Assembly (NCBI GenBank): GCA_020027345.1
Contig: JAHRAH010000154.1
Location: forward strand, 1-47,214
Direction of reading: 5' to 3'
Source of the DNA: Gammaproteobacteria bacterium
GTDB taxonomy: Bacteria; Pseudomonadota; Gammaproteobacteria; Tethybacterales; Persebacteraceae
Length of the DNA stretch: 47,214 nt
Under the pieces are notes generated by a model. It saw only the letters and a program-made list of their open reading frames with translations, searched no databases and was not told the DNA's origin. Below are positions 19,591 to 28,473 of this stretch, one piece after another. A program made the translations under genes and the position numbers. Each line of letters opens with the position of its first letter. The stretch's first letter is position 1.

Positions 19591-20795
19591 ATGCCGGTTA
19601 ACCTCCCCCCCCCGGTAAACTCTCCCCCGTCGGCGGCGTCCTCCTCGGCAGCGCCCGCGCCGGTTTGCGCTCGCGCAAACGCGAAGACCTGACGCTCATC
19701 ACGCTAACACCGGGCGCGACCGTCGCCGGAATCTTCACCCAAAACCGCTTCCCCGCCCCGCCCGTCGTTCTCTGCCGCCAAAGATTGCGCGCCGGAACCC
19801 AAGTGCGCGCCCTCGCAATAAACGCCGGAATAGCAAACGCCGGCACCCTCGCCGCAGGAATGGCGGACGCCCGCCAATGCTGCAAACTGACGGCAAAAAT
19901 CCTCGGCTGCCGCGCGCGCGAAGTTTTGCCTTTTTCCACCGGCGTCATTATGGAACGCCTGCCGATGGAGCGTTATGCAAGCGGGCTCAAACTCTGCGCG
20001 CAAAACCTGCAGCCGCAAGGATGGCTCGCCGCCGCCCGCGCGATGATGACGACCGACACCGTCGCCAAAGCCGCGAGCAAAACCGTCGCCGCCGGCAAAA
20101 GCAATTTCGCCGTCACCGGAATCGCAAAAGGTTCGGGAATGATTCACCCCAATATGGCGACTATGCTCGCCTTCGCCGCCACAGACGCCGCAATCCCCGC
20201 GCCCCTTTTGCAAAAGTGGCAGCGCGAAATAGCCGCCGAAACATTTAATGCGATAAGCGTGGACGGCGACACTTCCACAAACGATTCCTTTCTTTTAATC
20301 GCAACCGGCGCGGCGGGAACACCCTCCCGGCAAACGCAAACAAAACTGCGCAATGCAATAAGCGAAGTGTGCGCGCATCTTGCAAACGCAATCGTCCGCG
20401 ACGGCGAAGGCGCAAAAAAAATACTGACAATAACCGTCGCGCGCGGAAGAACCCCCGAACTCTGCCGCAAAGTCGCCGAGAGCGTCGCCCGCTCGCCGCT
20501 GGTAAAAACCGCCCTTGCCGCCGGAGACGCCAATGTCGGGCGGCTGCTTATGGCAATAGGCAACGCCGGCGGCGGTTTTAATCCGAATAAAATAACCGTA
20601 ACACTCGGCGCCGTCCCCGTCGTGCGCGGCGGCGGTTTGGATTCCCGTTACGCGGAAAAAGCGGCGGCAAAAGAAATGCAAAAAAAAGAAATCCGTTTGG
20701 AAATACTGCTGAACAACGGCGCGGCAAAAACCGTCCTCGCCACCTGCGACCTCACCCACGGTTACATAACAATAAACGCGGACTACCGCAGTTAA
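19591..20795 (+). CDS. argJ: bifunctional ornithine acetyltransferase/N-acetylglutamate synthase ArgJ; canonical start is out of frame with the body
   Basis: Body has VAGIFTQNRF, the autoprocessing site HPNMATMLAF and C-terminal HGYITINADYRS. ATG 19591 encodes MPVNL, typical of ArgJ N-termini. A C9 tract (19605-19613) shifts the frame, and the uninterrupted ORF begins only at TTG 19665. Confidence 0.85.
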
Positions 20796-20799
20796 AAAA

Positions 20800-21828
20800 A
20801 TGCCCGCCAAAAAAAACAAAGAATTGCGTCATTCCCGCACGCCTGTTAAAAAGCGGGAATCCAGCGAACCCAATGCGTCATTCCCGCACTCCACCAAAAG
20901 GCGGGAATCCAGCAAACCCAATGCGTCATTCCCGCACCCCACCAAAAGGCGGGAATCCAGCGAATCAAAAAACAGCGCCAACACCCCCCTCGCCCAAATC
21001 GCCGACGCACTAACCCGCATCGCCGAAGCCGCCGAACAATTCACCGGCGCACCCCCGGAGCGCGCGCTGCAAAAAGGAAAATCGTGGCGATGGCGCGCCG
21101 CGCATTGCGGCGGACAATTGATTCCGGCGGAAACTCCGCGCGGCTTTCCCCTCGCCGACCTGCGCGGATTAAACCCCGAAATAAAAACCGTGCGCGAAAA
21201 CACCGCGCGCTTTTTGCGCGGGAAAACTGCGCACCACATCCTCCTCACCGGCGCGCGCGGCTGCGGAAAATCCTCGCTGATGCGCGGCGTGCTCGGCGAA
21301 TTCGCAAAAAAGGGTTTGCGCCTGATAGAAACGGACGGCGACGGACTCGCGCGCCTGCACTATCTGTTGCCGGCGCTGCGCAAAACCGGCGAAAAATATG
21401 TCTTGTATTGCGACGACCTTTCCTTCGCCGAAGAAACCCCGCCCGCCGCCGCCCGCAGCGCTTTGGAGGGTTCCTTCGTCTCCGACGGCGGCGGCGCATT
21501 GCTTTACGCCACCGCAAACCGCCGCCATCTTACAAAAACAAATTTTTCCGACGACGACGACATTCAGCCCGGCGAAACAAGCGAGGAAAAACTCGCATTC
21601 GCCGACCGCTTTGGATTGCGCTTGCGATTGTTCGCGCCCGACGCCAAAGAATTCACCGCGCTCGCCGAACACTGGCTGCGGCGCGCAAAAATACCCCCCT
21701 CCCCGCGCCTTCTTAAAGAAGCGGCAATCTTCGCCGACCGTTGCGGCGCGCGCAGCGGCAGAACCGCGCGGCTTTTCGCCGAGCGTCTCGCCGCCCGGGC
21801 CGGGCGCGCTTTTCCCGAATCGGAATAA
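20800..21828 (+). CDS. DUF815-type AAA ATPase
   Basis: Walker A GARGCGKSS, Walker B-like VLYCDDLSF. The first ~55 codons are encoded by three family A repeat units. Confidence 0.75.
   Translation: MPAKKNKELRHSRTPVKKRESSEPNASFPHSTKRRESSKPNASFPHPTKRRESSESKNSANTPLAQIADALTRIAEAAEQFTGAPPERALQKGKSWRWRAAHCGGQLIPAETPRGFPLADLRGLNPEIKTVRENTARFLRGKTAHHILLTGARGCGKSSLMRGVLGEFAKKGLRLIETDGDGLARLHYLLPALRKTGEKYVLYCDDLSFAEETPPAAARSALEGSFVSDGGGALLYATANRRHLTKTNFSDDDDIQPGETSEEKLAFADRFGLRLRLFAPDAKEFTALAEHWLRRAKIPPSPRLLKEAAIFADRCGARSGRTARLFAERLAARAGRAFPESE
20826..20964 (+). repeat. three tandem family A units (48-49 bp) inside a coding region
   Basis: GCGTCATTCCCGCAC-N-GCGGGAATCCAGC occurs three times, starting at 20826, 20875 and 20923. 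Confidence 0.85.
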
Positions 21829-21832
21829 ATAA

Positions 21833-22738
21833 ATGCGCGATGTCGCCGTTGGCATTTTGCAAAACGAAACCGGAAAAGTTTTTGTGCAGCGGCGCAAAAG
21901 CGGCGAATGGGAATTCCCCGGCGGAAAAACCGAAAAAAACGAAACGCCCCGCCGCGCCCTCGCCCGCGAACTCAAAGAAGAAACCGGAATAACAGTAACC
22001 GCCGCCGAACCGTGGCTGCGCCGCAAACACCCGCGCCTCGGACTTGTGCTGCATTTTTTTCGCGTTACAAAATGGCGCGGCGAACCCTCGCCGGAAAAAG
22101 AAAGGGGGGGATATTTCGCCGATGCTTTTTCGCCGCCGCCCTCGCCGCTTTTGCCCGCCAACGAATTAATATGGAAGTGGCTGCGCCTGCCGCCGCTTTG
22201 CGCGGTAACCGCCGCGGAAATATTCGGCGCGGAAGAATCCCTGCGCCTTCTCGCGCGCGCGCTGGAAAACGGACTGCGCCTCGTGCAGTTGCGCGACAAA
22301 AACCTCCCCGAAAAAGCCCGCCGCGAATTCGCAAAAAAAGCGGCGGCGATGACGCGGGCGAAAGGCGCGCTTTTGCTTATTAACGACGACGAAAATCTCG
22401 CGCGCGAAGTTTGCGCCGACGGCCTCCACCTCAGCGGAAAACAATTGGCAAAAACAAAAAAGCGCCCGCCTTTTTTGTGGACGGCCGCCTCCTGCCACGA
22501 CGCCGCGCAATTGCAATCCGCCGCAAAACTGAATTTGGATTTTGCCGTCCTCTCCCCCGTCGCAAAAACCCTGACGCATGTAAAAGCCCCCCCCCTCGGC
22601 TGGCGCGCCTTCGCCAAACTCGCCCAAACCGCCGGAATCCCCGTCTACGCCCTCGGCGGCCTAACCCCCGCCGACGCCCCCAAAGCCCGCCGCCACAACG
22701 CCCAAGGCATAGCAGCAATGCGAAAAGCATGGAAATGA
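21833..22738 (+). CDS. Nudix (MutT-like) hydrolase fused to a ThiE-like domain
   Basis: Nudix box GGKTEKNETPRRALARELKEETGI. The C-terminal half is TIM-barrel-like (LVQLRDK, LLLINDD, YALGGL), as in thiamine-phosphate synthase-like domains. Confidence 0.8.
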   Translation: MRDVAVGILQNETGKVFVQRRKSGEWEFPGGKTEKNETPRRALARELKEETGITVTAAEPWLRRKHPRLGLVLHFFRVTKWRGEPSPEKERGGYFADAFSPPPSPLLPANELIWKWLRLPPLCAVTAAEIFGAEESLRLLARALENGLRLVQLRDKNLPEKARREFAKKAAAMTRAKGALLLINDDENLAREVCADGLHLSGKQLAKTKKRPPFLWTAASCHDAAQLQSAAKLNLDFAVLSPVAKTLTHVKAPPLGWRAFAKLAQTAGIPVYALGGLTPADAPKARRHNAQGIAAMRKAWK

Positions 22739-22786
22739 CAAAGCAGACGGTTGCCGTTGCCAGCTTTTTCCCCCGCAATTCGCGCA

Positions 22787-25648
22787 TTAGTTTCGTGCTT
22801 TTCTCCGTGCGCGTTTTTTCTTTGGCGGCGGAATTGCCGGGATTGTCAGGCGGCGATATTCGGCAAAAAGATGCTCAATGCGCGCCTTGTCATCGGCAAA
22901 CGGTTGCGAACGATAAGCGCGCTCCACTTCCAAATCCAACGCGCGGTGCGCCTTTGCCAAATCTTGCGGCATCGCGTCGGAATACAGTTCCGCAAGGGTG
23001 GAGTGTTTGTGTTTTTTTCGCTCGTCCAAAACCGCGCGCGCGCAATTCCGTATGCTTTCCTGCCGCGACATAAGAACATTTTCCGGCCACGGAAAATTAT
23101 TGTAAGCAAGGGAGGCGGTGTAGGAATATCCGCCGCCCAGCCGCCCTCCGACCGTGCGCACCCACGCCATGTGCATTGCGGAAGAAAGCACGCCGAAATG
23201 AAACAGGTTGGCATTCGGCACAATCTGGCATTTAATCAGCGCGATTGTCCCCTTGTCCGCAAATCCCATCGGAATGTAGAGTCGTCCCCCCGAAGATGTT
23301 TGCGGGACGACGAGATAATCGCTGTCCGGCTGGCGCACTTCGCCGAAGTAATACGGAGAGTATGCCATCCGCCGCGTCGCCTCCCGGTCGCTGCCCCGGC
23401 GAAAGATGCGGGTTTTGTTGGCGCGCTCCGCAAGGGGCCTCATTTTGAGAAAAGTCATAGGACCCTTGTAGTCCTCCGGCACCCAGATGCACCACCGCTC
23501 TTTGCCGTGGAGAAATTCGTCCCCGCCTATTGCCGGGCGGACAAATTGCGCGGCTTCGGGCTTCTTTTTTAGAATTTCCCTCTTTTCCTCCGGCGAAAGC
23601 AAAAGATGCCCGCCGTCAATGGGATTGCTGCCGGAAATCATCGCCGGCGCTTTGCAAATTGGCTTTGTCCTCGGCGCGATTAAAATATCCGGGCTGTTCA
23701 TCAGATAAGCGTTGATGTTCGCCGCCGCGACCGCGCGCGGCTCGCCGCGGGGGTCGTCGTATTCGTATATTGTTTTGCCGTTCGCCTCGCCCGCCCCGAA
23801 GCCGATGACGACGACATGCACCTGCGCCACGCCGTTCGCCTCATTTCGCCACTTAAAAGAGCGGTGCGCAAAGTGAATTTTTACCGACTCGCCGTAAAGC
23901 GCGCCCCACAAAACGGACGCCTGCATGCTTTGCGCGATGGAATCGGTGGAAACAAACGCGCAGCGAATGTCCGTGCAGCGTATAAACCGCGCGGCTTTCA
24001 TATACCACGAGGAGACATAATCCAAATTGCCCGCCCCCCTGGTTTTGCCGAATATGCGGGTCATATCCCGCCGCTGCTCCGGCGAACGATTTTTCCGGTC
24101 CACAAACGGCGGATTGCCGAGTATGAACGACAATTCGCCGGGCTTGACGACGCTTTCCCATTCCGTTGTCAGCGCGTTTGCGTTGACGATGCGCGGCGAA
24201 ACCGTCAACGGAATGCGCATAAAATAATTGCCGAAAATTTCCGACGCCTCGCGATTCATCTGGTGGTCGACCAGCCACATCGCGGTTTGCGCAATGTGCG
24301 CGGGGAAAGAATCAATTTCAATCCCGCAAAATTGGTCGACATTGACGAGGGAAAGCGTCTTAATGTCCAGCATAGGGGCGTTCGGATTCGGTTTCAGCCG
24401 CCAAAGGATTTCCATTTCCAGCCGCCGCAGTTCGCGGTAGGCGACGATGAGAAAGTTGCCGCAGCCGCAGGCCGGGTCCAGAAAGCGCATCGCCGCGATT
24501 TTGTCGTGCAAGTTTTTCAGCGCGCGTTTGTCGCTCCCCGCCTTCTCCAAAGCGTTTCCCAGTTTGTCCAAAAAAAGCGGGCGGACGACTTTCATAATGT
24601 TCGCCTCGGAAGTGTAGTGTTCGCCGCCCGCGCGCCGCGCTTTGGCGTCGCGCACCGTCTGAAAAAGCGAGCCGAATATTGCCGGCGATATTTCGCTCCA
24701 ATTAAACCGGCAGGCATCCAAAAGGGCGTCGCGCGTTTTTTTGTCAAACGCCGCCATTTCAATGTTCCCGGCGAAAAGTTCGCCGTTGACATGCGGAAAC
24801 TTTTGCAAATCGGCGGGAAGCGTTTTTTGTCGGACGCTGAGGGGCTGGTTGAGCGTCTGAAAAATCATGCTCAGATGCGCGCCCAGGTCGCCGCCGTGTC
24901 CCGCCGTGCGCTTTTCCAAATATTCCAGAAAAATGTGGCGTTCAAAAATGCCGGTGTCGTCGGCGAACATGCAAAAAAGCAAGCGCACCAGCAGGCGGTC
25001 GACATCCTTGTCGTAGCCGAAATCGCGCAGAGCGTCGTAAATGCCGCCCATCAACTGCACGGCGTCCCTGCTCGCTTTCAGTTCCAGCGTGAATTTTTCC
25101 CGTTCTTTCTCAACGAAAAAGCCGAAGTTCTCCGCCTCGCCGGGCAAATCGGCGAGCGAGAAATCGCGGAACTCCGATGTTTCCGAATCAATCAGGCGAA
25201 AACGCGCGAAATCGCAAACCAGCCCGTAACGCGGCTTGATGTCGTCCGGCAGAGCGTCAATGTAAGCCCGCAACTGCTCCTCGCCCGCTCCCAGGTCCTT
25301 GCCGGCGGACTTGTGTTCAACCGCCAAAACGCCGGGCCAAAGCATGTCAATGCGCCCGCTCAATTTTCCTTGCGCCGAAGCCGCCGCGCCGTGATGCCGC
25401 GCATGGTATTCATACCACGCAAGCCCGCGGCGCGCGCGCCCGAATATCTCAAAAAACTCGTTCCAGAAAGTTTGCGCTTCCGCTTTTTCGCTGGTTTCGC
25501 TTTCCCACTTCTTCGCAAACGCCGCCGCGCGCGCTCGGATTTTTTCCCAGTCAATTGCGGCGGCGGTTTGTATTTGCGGTTGCCGCCCGCTCTTTGCGAA
25601 AACCCCCGCATTCCCTTTGCGCCTCGTCATTCGCCGATTATACCGCAT
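22787..25648 (-). CDS. MmeI-family single-chain type IIG/IIL restriction-modification enzyme
   Basis: N-terminal D-X-EXK nuclease motif GRIDMLWPGVLAVEHKSAGKDL, SAM motif FLDPACGCGNFL, catalytic ILGNPPFV, and a long C-terminal TRD. Size is about 950 aa. The start may be ATG 25630. Confidence 0.85.
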   Translation of the reverse strand: MRYNRRMTRRKGNAGVFAKSGRQPQIQTAAAIDWEKIRARAAAFAKKWESETSEKAEAQTFWNEFFEIFGRARRGLAWYEYHARHHGAAASAQGKLSGRIDMLWPGVLAVEHKSAGKDLGAGEEQLRAYIDALPDDIKPRYGLVCDFARFRLIDSETSEFRDFSLADLPGEAENFGFFVEKEREKFTLELKASRDAVQLMGGIYDALRDFGYDKDVDRLLVRLLFCMFADDTGIFERHIFLEYLEKRTAGHGGDLGAHLSMIFQTLNQPLSVRQKTLPADLQKFPHVNGELFAGNIEMAAFDKKTRDALLDACRFNWSEISPAIFGSLFQTVRDAKARRAGGEHYTSEANIMKVVRPLFLDKLGNALEKAGSDKRALKNLHDKIAAMRFLDPACGCGNFLIVAYRELRRLEMEILWRLKPNPNAPMLDIKTLSLVNVDQFCGIEIDSFPAHIAQTAMWLVDHQMNREASEIFGNYFMRIPLTVSPRIVNANALTTEWESVVKPGELSFILGNPPFVDRKNRSPEQRRDMTRIFGKTRGAGNLDYVSSWYMKAARFIRCTDIRCAFVSTDSIAQSMQASVLWGALYGESVKIHFAHRSFKWRNEANGVAQVHVVVIGFGAGEANGKTIYEYDDPRGEPRAVAAANINAYLMNSPDILIAPRTKPICKAPAMISGSNPIDGGHLLLSPEEKREILKKKPEAAQFVRPAIGGDEFLHGKERWCIWVPEDYKGPMTFLKMRPLAERANKTRIFRRGSDREATRRMAYSPYYFGEVRQPDSDYLVVPQTSSGGRLYIPMGFADKGTIALIKCQIVPNANLFHFGVLSSAMHMAWVRTVGGRLGGGYSYTASLAYNNFPWPENVLMSRQESIRNCARAVLDERKKHKHSTLAELYSDAMPQDLAKAHRALDLEVERAYRSQPFADDKARIEHLFAEYRRLTIPAIPPPKKKRARRKARN
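25637..25642 (-). promoter_or_regulatory. -10 box TATAAT, 6 nt before ATG 25630 of the MmeI-like gene
   Basis: Minus strand reads TATAAT-CGGCGA-ATG. No SD. Confidence 0.35.
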
Positions 25649-25689
25649 GCGCCCTCAGGCAACCGCGCATATTAAACCGACAACGGGAT

Positions 25690-25695
25690 TAAAAT
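25690..25695 (+). promoter_or_regulatory. -10 box TAAAAT, 6 nt before ATG 25702 of mobA
   Basis: TAAAAT-ACGCCG-ATG. No SD. Confidence 0.35.
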
Positions 25696-25701
25696 ACGCC
25701 G

Positions 25702-26310
25702 ATGAGTGAGGGGATTACCGGGGTTGTTCTTGCCGGGGGGCGGGGGATGCGGATGGGGGGCGGGGACAAGGGGTTGCTTGTCATCGCGGGGGGGACTCTT
25801 GCCAGGCGGGCGGTTTTGCGGTTGCGGGGGCTGGCGGGGGTTGTTGGCGTGATTGTTAATGCAAACCGCAACCGCGGGGAATATGAAAAACTTGGCTGCG
25901 TTGTTGTCGCTGATGCAAGCGGCGGCGACGGTAACGGCGGGTGCGCTTTTGCGGGGCCGTTGGCGGGGATTCTTGCAGGGATGCGGGGGGCGGGGACGGA
26001 ATGGGTGTTGACTGTTCCCTGCGATTCTCCTTTTTTTCCGCAAACATTGGCGCGGGATTTAATGGCGGGGGCGAAAAAACATTCCGCCGACATTGCCGTC
26101 GCTTTTGCGGGCGGGCGGGCGCAGCCGGTGTTTATGCTGGCGCGCCGTTCTTTGGCGGAGGATTTGTCGCGCTTTCTTAAGGAAGGCGGGCGCAAAATTG
26201 ATTTGTGGTATCCGCGCCATTCTTTTGTTGAGGTTCCGTTTGCGAACGCGGACGATTTTGCGAACATTAACACGCCGGAAGATTTGGCTGCGGCGGAAAA
26301 GCGTTTGTGA
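25702..26310 (+). CDS. mobA: molybdenum cofactor guanylyltransferase
   Basis: GVVLAGGRGMRMGGGDKGL N-terminal motif, TVPCDSPF. About 200 aa. Confidence 0.85.
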   Translation: MSEGITGVVLAGGRGMRMGGGDKGLLVIAGGTLARRAVLRLRGLAGVVGVIVNANRNRGEYEKLGCVVVADASGGDGNGGCAFAGPLAGILAGMRGAGTEWVLTVPCDSPFFPQTLARDLMAGAKKHSADIAVAFAGGRAQPVFMLARRSLAEDLSRFLKEGGRKIDLWYPRHSFVEVPFANADDFANINTPEDLAAAEKRL

Positions 26311-28328
26311 TGACAGCAAAAAAACAAACGCCGGCAAAAAGCGAAAACGAATTGCCGCCCGCGGATTTTTCCGATTCGGGAATCGCCGGTGTTTTTTCCG
26401 GCGGGGGTTCCCTTGCGCGCGCGATGCCGGGGTACCGTCCGCGCGCGGGGCAGGCGGAGATGGCGCGGGCGGTGGAAGAATCGGCGGCGCGCGGCGGGCG
26501 TTTTGTTTTTGAGGCGGGCGCCGGCATCGGCAAAACCTTCGCCTATCTCGCGCCGATACTGCAAAACAATTGGAGCGCGGTCATTTCCACGGGCACCCGC
26601 GCTTTGCAGGATCAGTTGTTTTTGCGCGACATTCCTTTTTTGGAAAAAGCGCTCGGCAGAAAAGTGCGCGCGGCGGTTTTGAAAGGGCGCGCGAATTATT
26701 TGTGCCGGCGCAACATCGCTTCGGGCGGCGCCGGCTTGCTCTCCGGCGGCGAGGACGATGACTGGGCGAAAATATGCGCCTTCGCGAACAAAACAAAAGA
26801 GGGCGACATTCGCGCGGCGGAGGAAGTCGCCGCCGATTCCCCCGCGTGGCAGGCGGCGGTTTCCACGCGGGAGAACTGCCCCGTGCAAAAATGCGAACAC
26901 TACGGCAATTGTTTTTTGTATTCCGCGCGCGCGCGCGCGAGGGACGCGGAGATTGTCATCGTCAATCATCATTTGTTTCTCGCCGACATGCGGCTTAAGG
27001 AAGAAGGCGTCGCCGAGATTTTGCCTTCGCGCGATGTTTTGCTTTTTGACGAGGCGCATTTGCTTCCGCAATTGGCGCCGAAGTATCTGGGCGACGGAAT
27101 CGGCACCGCGCAAATGATGCGGCTAGTCAAACAAACGGGCGGCGATTTTCCTTCGGCGCGCGCGCTGCGGGCGGCAGTTGACGAATGGCTGCGGGCGATT
27201 GACGGTTTCGGCGAAGTGCGGATGCCGCGCGAGCAGGCGCTTTCCGAAGAACCTATTAAACGAGCGGCGGCGCATTTGCTTTCGGCAATGCAACAATTTG
27301 CCGAGGATTTAATATCGCGCGCCGACGAAAACGAAATATTCGCAAACTGCGGCGAAGCGGCAAAGCGCGGCGCGATGCAGTTTGCAAAGTGGCTGGACGA
27401 CGACGATGACAACGGCAACGGCAACAATGCCGAGGGCAATAATAACAACGGCGGCGGCGAAGAAGAAGAGGAAGTTATTCCGCTTGTGCGCTGGCTGGAA
27501 AAAACAAAAAACAATTCGTTAATGCATACCGCGCCGCTTTCGGGGCGCGTCGCATTTGCGCGGCAATGGGAAAACTGCCGCTGCGTTGTGTTCACTTCGG
27601 CGACGCTTTCGGTCGGCGGCGGCTTTGGCGATTTTGCGCATGCGGTCGCGGCGGAGGACGCTCCGGCGCAAACATGGGAAAGCCCTTATGATTTTGCCGG
27701 GCGCGCGCGGCTTTTTTTGCCGCCGGATATGCCGCCGCCAAACACCGCCGAACACGCGGTCGCGGCGGTTTCGGCGGCGCTTCCTTTAATACTTGCGAAC
27801 GGCGGGCGCGCTTTTGTTTTGTTTTCCAGTTGGCGCGCTTTGGACGAGGGCGCGCGCGCGCTTTGCGATTCTTTGCCCGGCGGTTACCGCGTTTTGAAGC
27901 AGGGCGAAGAATCCAACGAAAGATTGCTGGCGCGTTTTCGCGCGGGGGAAAAAACGGTGCTTGCGGGGACGCTTTCTTTTTGGCAGGGAGTGGATGTGAA
28001 AGGCGGCGCGCTTTCGCTTGTTGTCGTGGACAAAATACCGTTCGCGCGCCCCGACGACCCGATGCAGGCGGCGCACGACCGCTGGCGGCGCGCGCGCGGC
28101 GAGGACGCCTTTCGCAAAAACCAGTTGCCGATGGCGGTAACATTGATGAAGCAGGTCGCCGGGCGGTTGCTGCGCGATTTCGGCGATTACGGCGTTTTTG
28201 CCGTTTGCGACCCGCGCCTGCTCTCGCGCGGTTACGGCAAGGTTATTTTGCGCTCGCTCCCCCCGATGCCCCGCGCCGAAACCGCCCAAGAAGCCGCGGA
28301 GTTTTTGCAAACAATGTCGGGCAGGTAA
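26307..28328 (+). CDS. dinG: ATP-dependent DinG/YoaA-type (XPD-like, Fe-S) DNA helicase
   Basis: Walker A AGAGIGKTFAYL, DEAH box LLFDEAHLL, a Cys cluster (CRRN...CPVQKCEHYGNC), and C-terminal helicase motifs (FWQGVDV, VVVDKIPF). Overlaps the mobA stop. Confidence 0.85.
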   Translation: MMTAKKQTPAKSENELPPADFSDSGIAGVFSGGGSLARAMPGYRPRAGQAEMARAVEESAARGGRFVFEAGAGIGKTFAYLAPILQNNWSAVISTGTRALQDQLFLRDIPFLEKALGRKVRAAVLKGRANYLCRRNIASGGAGLLSGGEDDDWAKICAFANKTKEGDIRAAEEVAADSPAWQAAVSTRENCPVQKCEHYGNCFLYSARARARDAEIVIVNHHLFLADMRLKEEGVAEILPSRDVLLFDEAHLLPQLAPKYLGDGIGTAQMMRLVKQTGGDFPSARALRAAVDEWLRAIDGFGEVRMPREQALSEEPIKRAAAHLLSAMQQFAEDLISRADENEIFANCGEAAKRGAMQFAKWLDDDDDNGNGNNAEGNNNNGGGEEEEEVIPLVRWLEKTKNNSLMHTAPLSGRVAFARQWENCRCVVFTSATLSVGGGFGDFAHAVAAEDAPAQTWESPYDFAGRARLFLPPDMPPPNTAEHAVAAVSAALPLILANGGRAFVLFSSWRALDEGARALCDSLPGGYRVLKQGEESNERLLARFRAGEKTVLAGTLSFWQGVDVKGGALSLVVVDKIPFARPDDPMQAAHDRWRRARGEDAFRKNQLPMAVTLMKQVAGRLLRDFGDYGVFAVCDPRLLSRGYGKVILRSLPPMPRAETAQEAAEFLQTMSGR

Positions 28329-28450
28329 CCGTCATTCCGGTGAAAGCCGAAATCCATACAATCTTGCGAAAACTGCAAAATCCTTGCCCGTCCGGAAACT
28401 TGGCGAAAAGCGAGTGTCCGTATGGATTCCAGCTTGCGCTGGAATGACGG
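28329..28450 (+). mobile_element. family B MITE-like element, left boundary of the low-G+C island
   Basis: Starts 1 nt after the dinG stop. About 90% identical by hand alignment, and in the same orientation, as 31922-32042. Confidence 0.8.
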
Positions 28451-28473
28451 AGCGGGTGAAGGCGGGAATAGGT

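Noticed and set aside
19459-20964. Tandem repeats (family C pair at 19459-19575, family A triplet at 20826-20964) considered as a possible CRISPR array
   Set aside because: There are only 2-3 units, with no unique spacers of constant length between them. The units are dispersed elsewhere as single copies, and no cas genes are present in the window.
23816-27113. 619-aa plus-strand ORF antisense to the MmeI-like gene, and 474-aa minus-strand ORF antisense to mobA/dinG
   Set aside because: These are shadow ORFs of high-G+C genes. They have no start context and biased Arg/Ala/Pro composition, while the opposite strands carry complete motif sets.
27396-27473. Low-complexity insertion DDDDDNGNGNNAEGNNNNGGGEEEEE inside the DinG-type helicase
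   Set aside because: It is an in-frame, acidic/Asn-rich loop-like insertion of a kind common in helicase accessory domains. It shows no repeat-element signature and I see no reason to expect a distinct function.
25702-28328. DinG-type helicase as a partner of the adjacent MmeI-like enzyme (a helicase-assisted defence module)
   Set aside because: The helicase is on the opposite strand from the MmeI-like gene and overlaps mobA in an operon. It has the housekeeping YoaA/DinG Fe-S cysteine cluster and DEAH motifs. Nothing links it functionally to the R-M gene.
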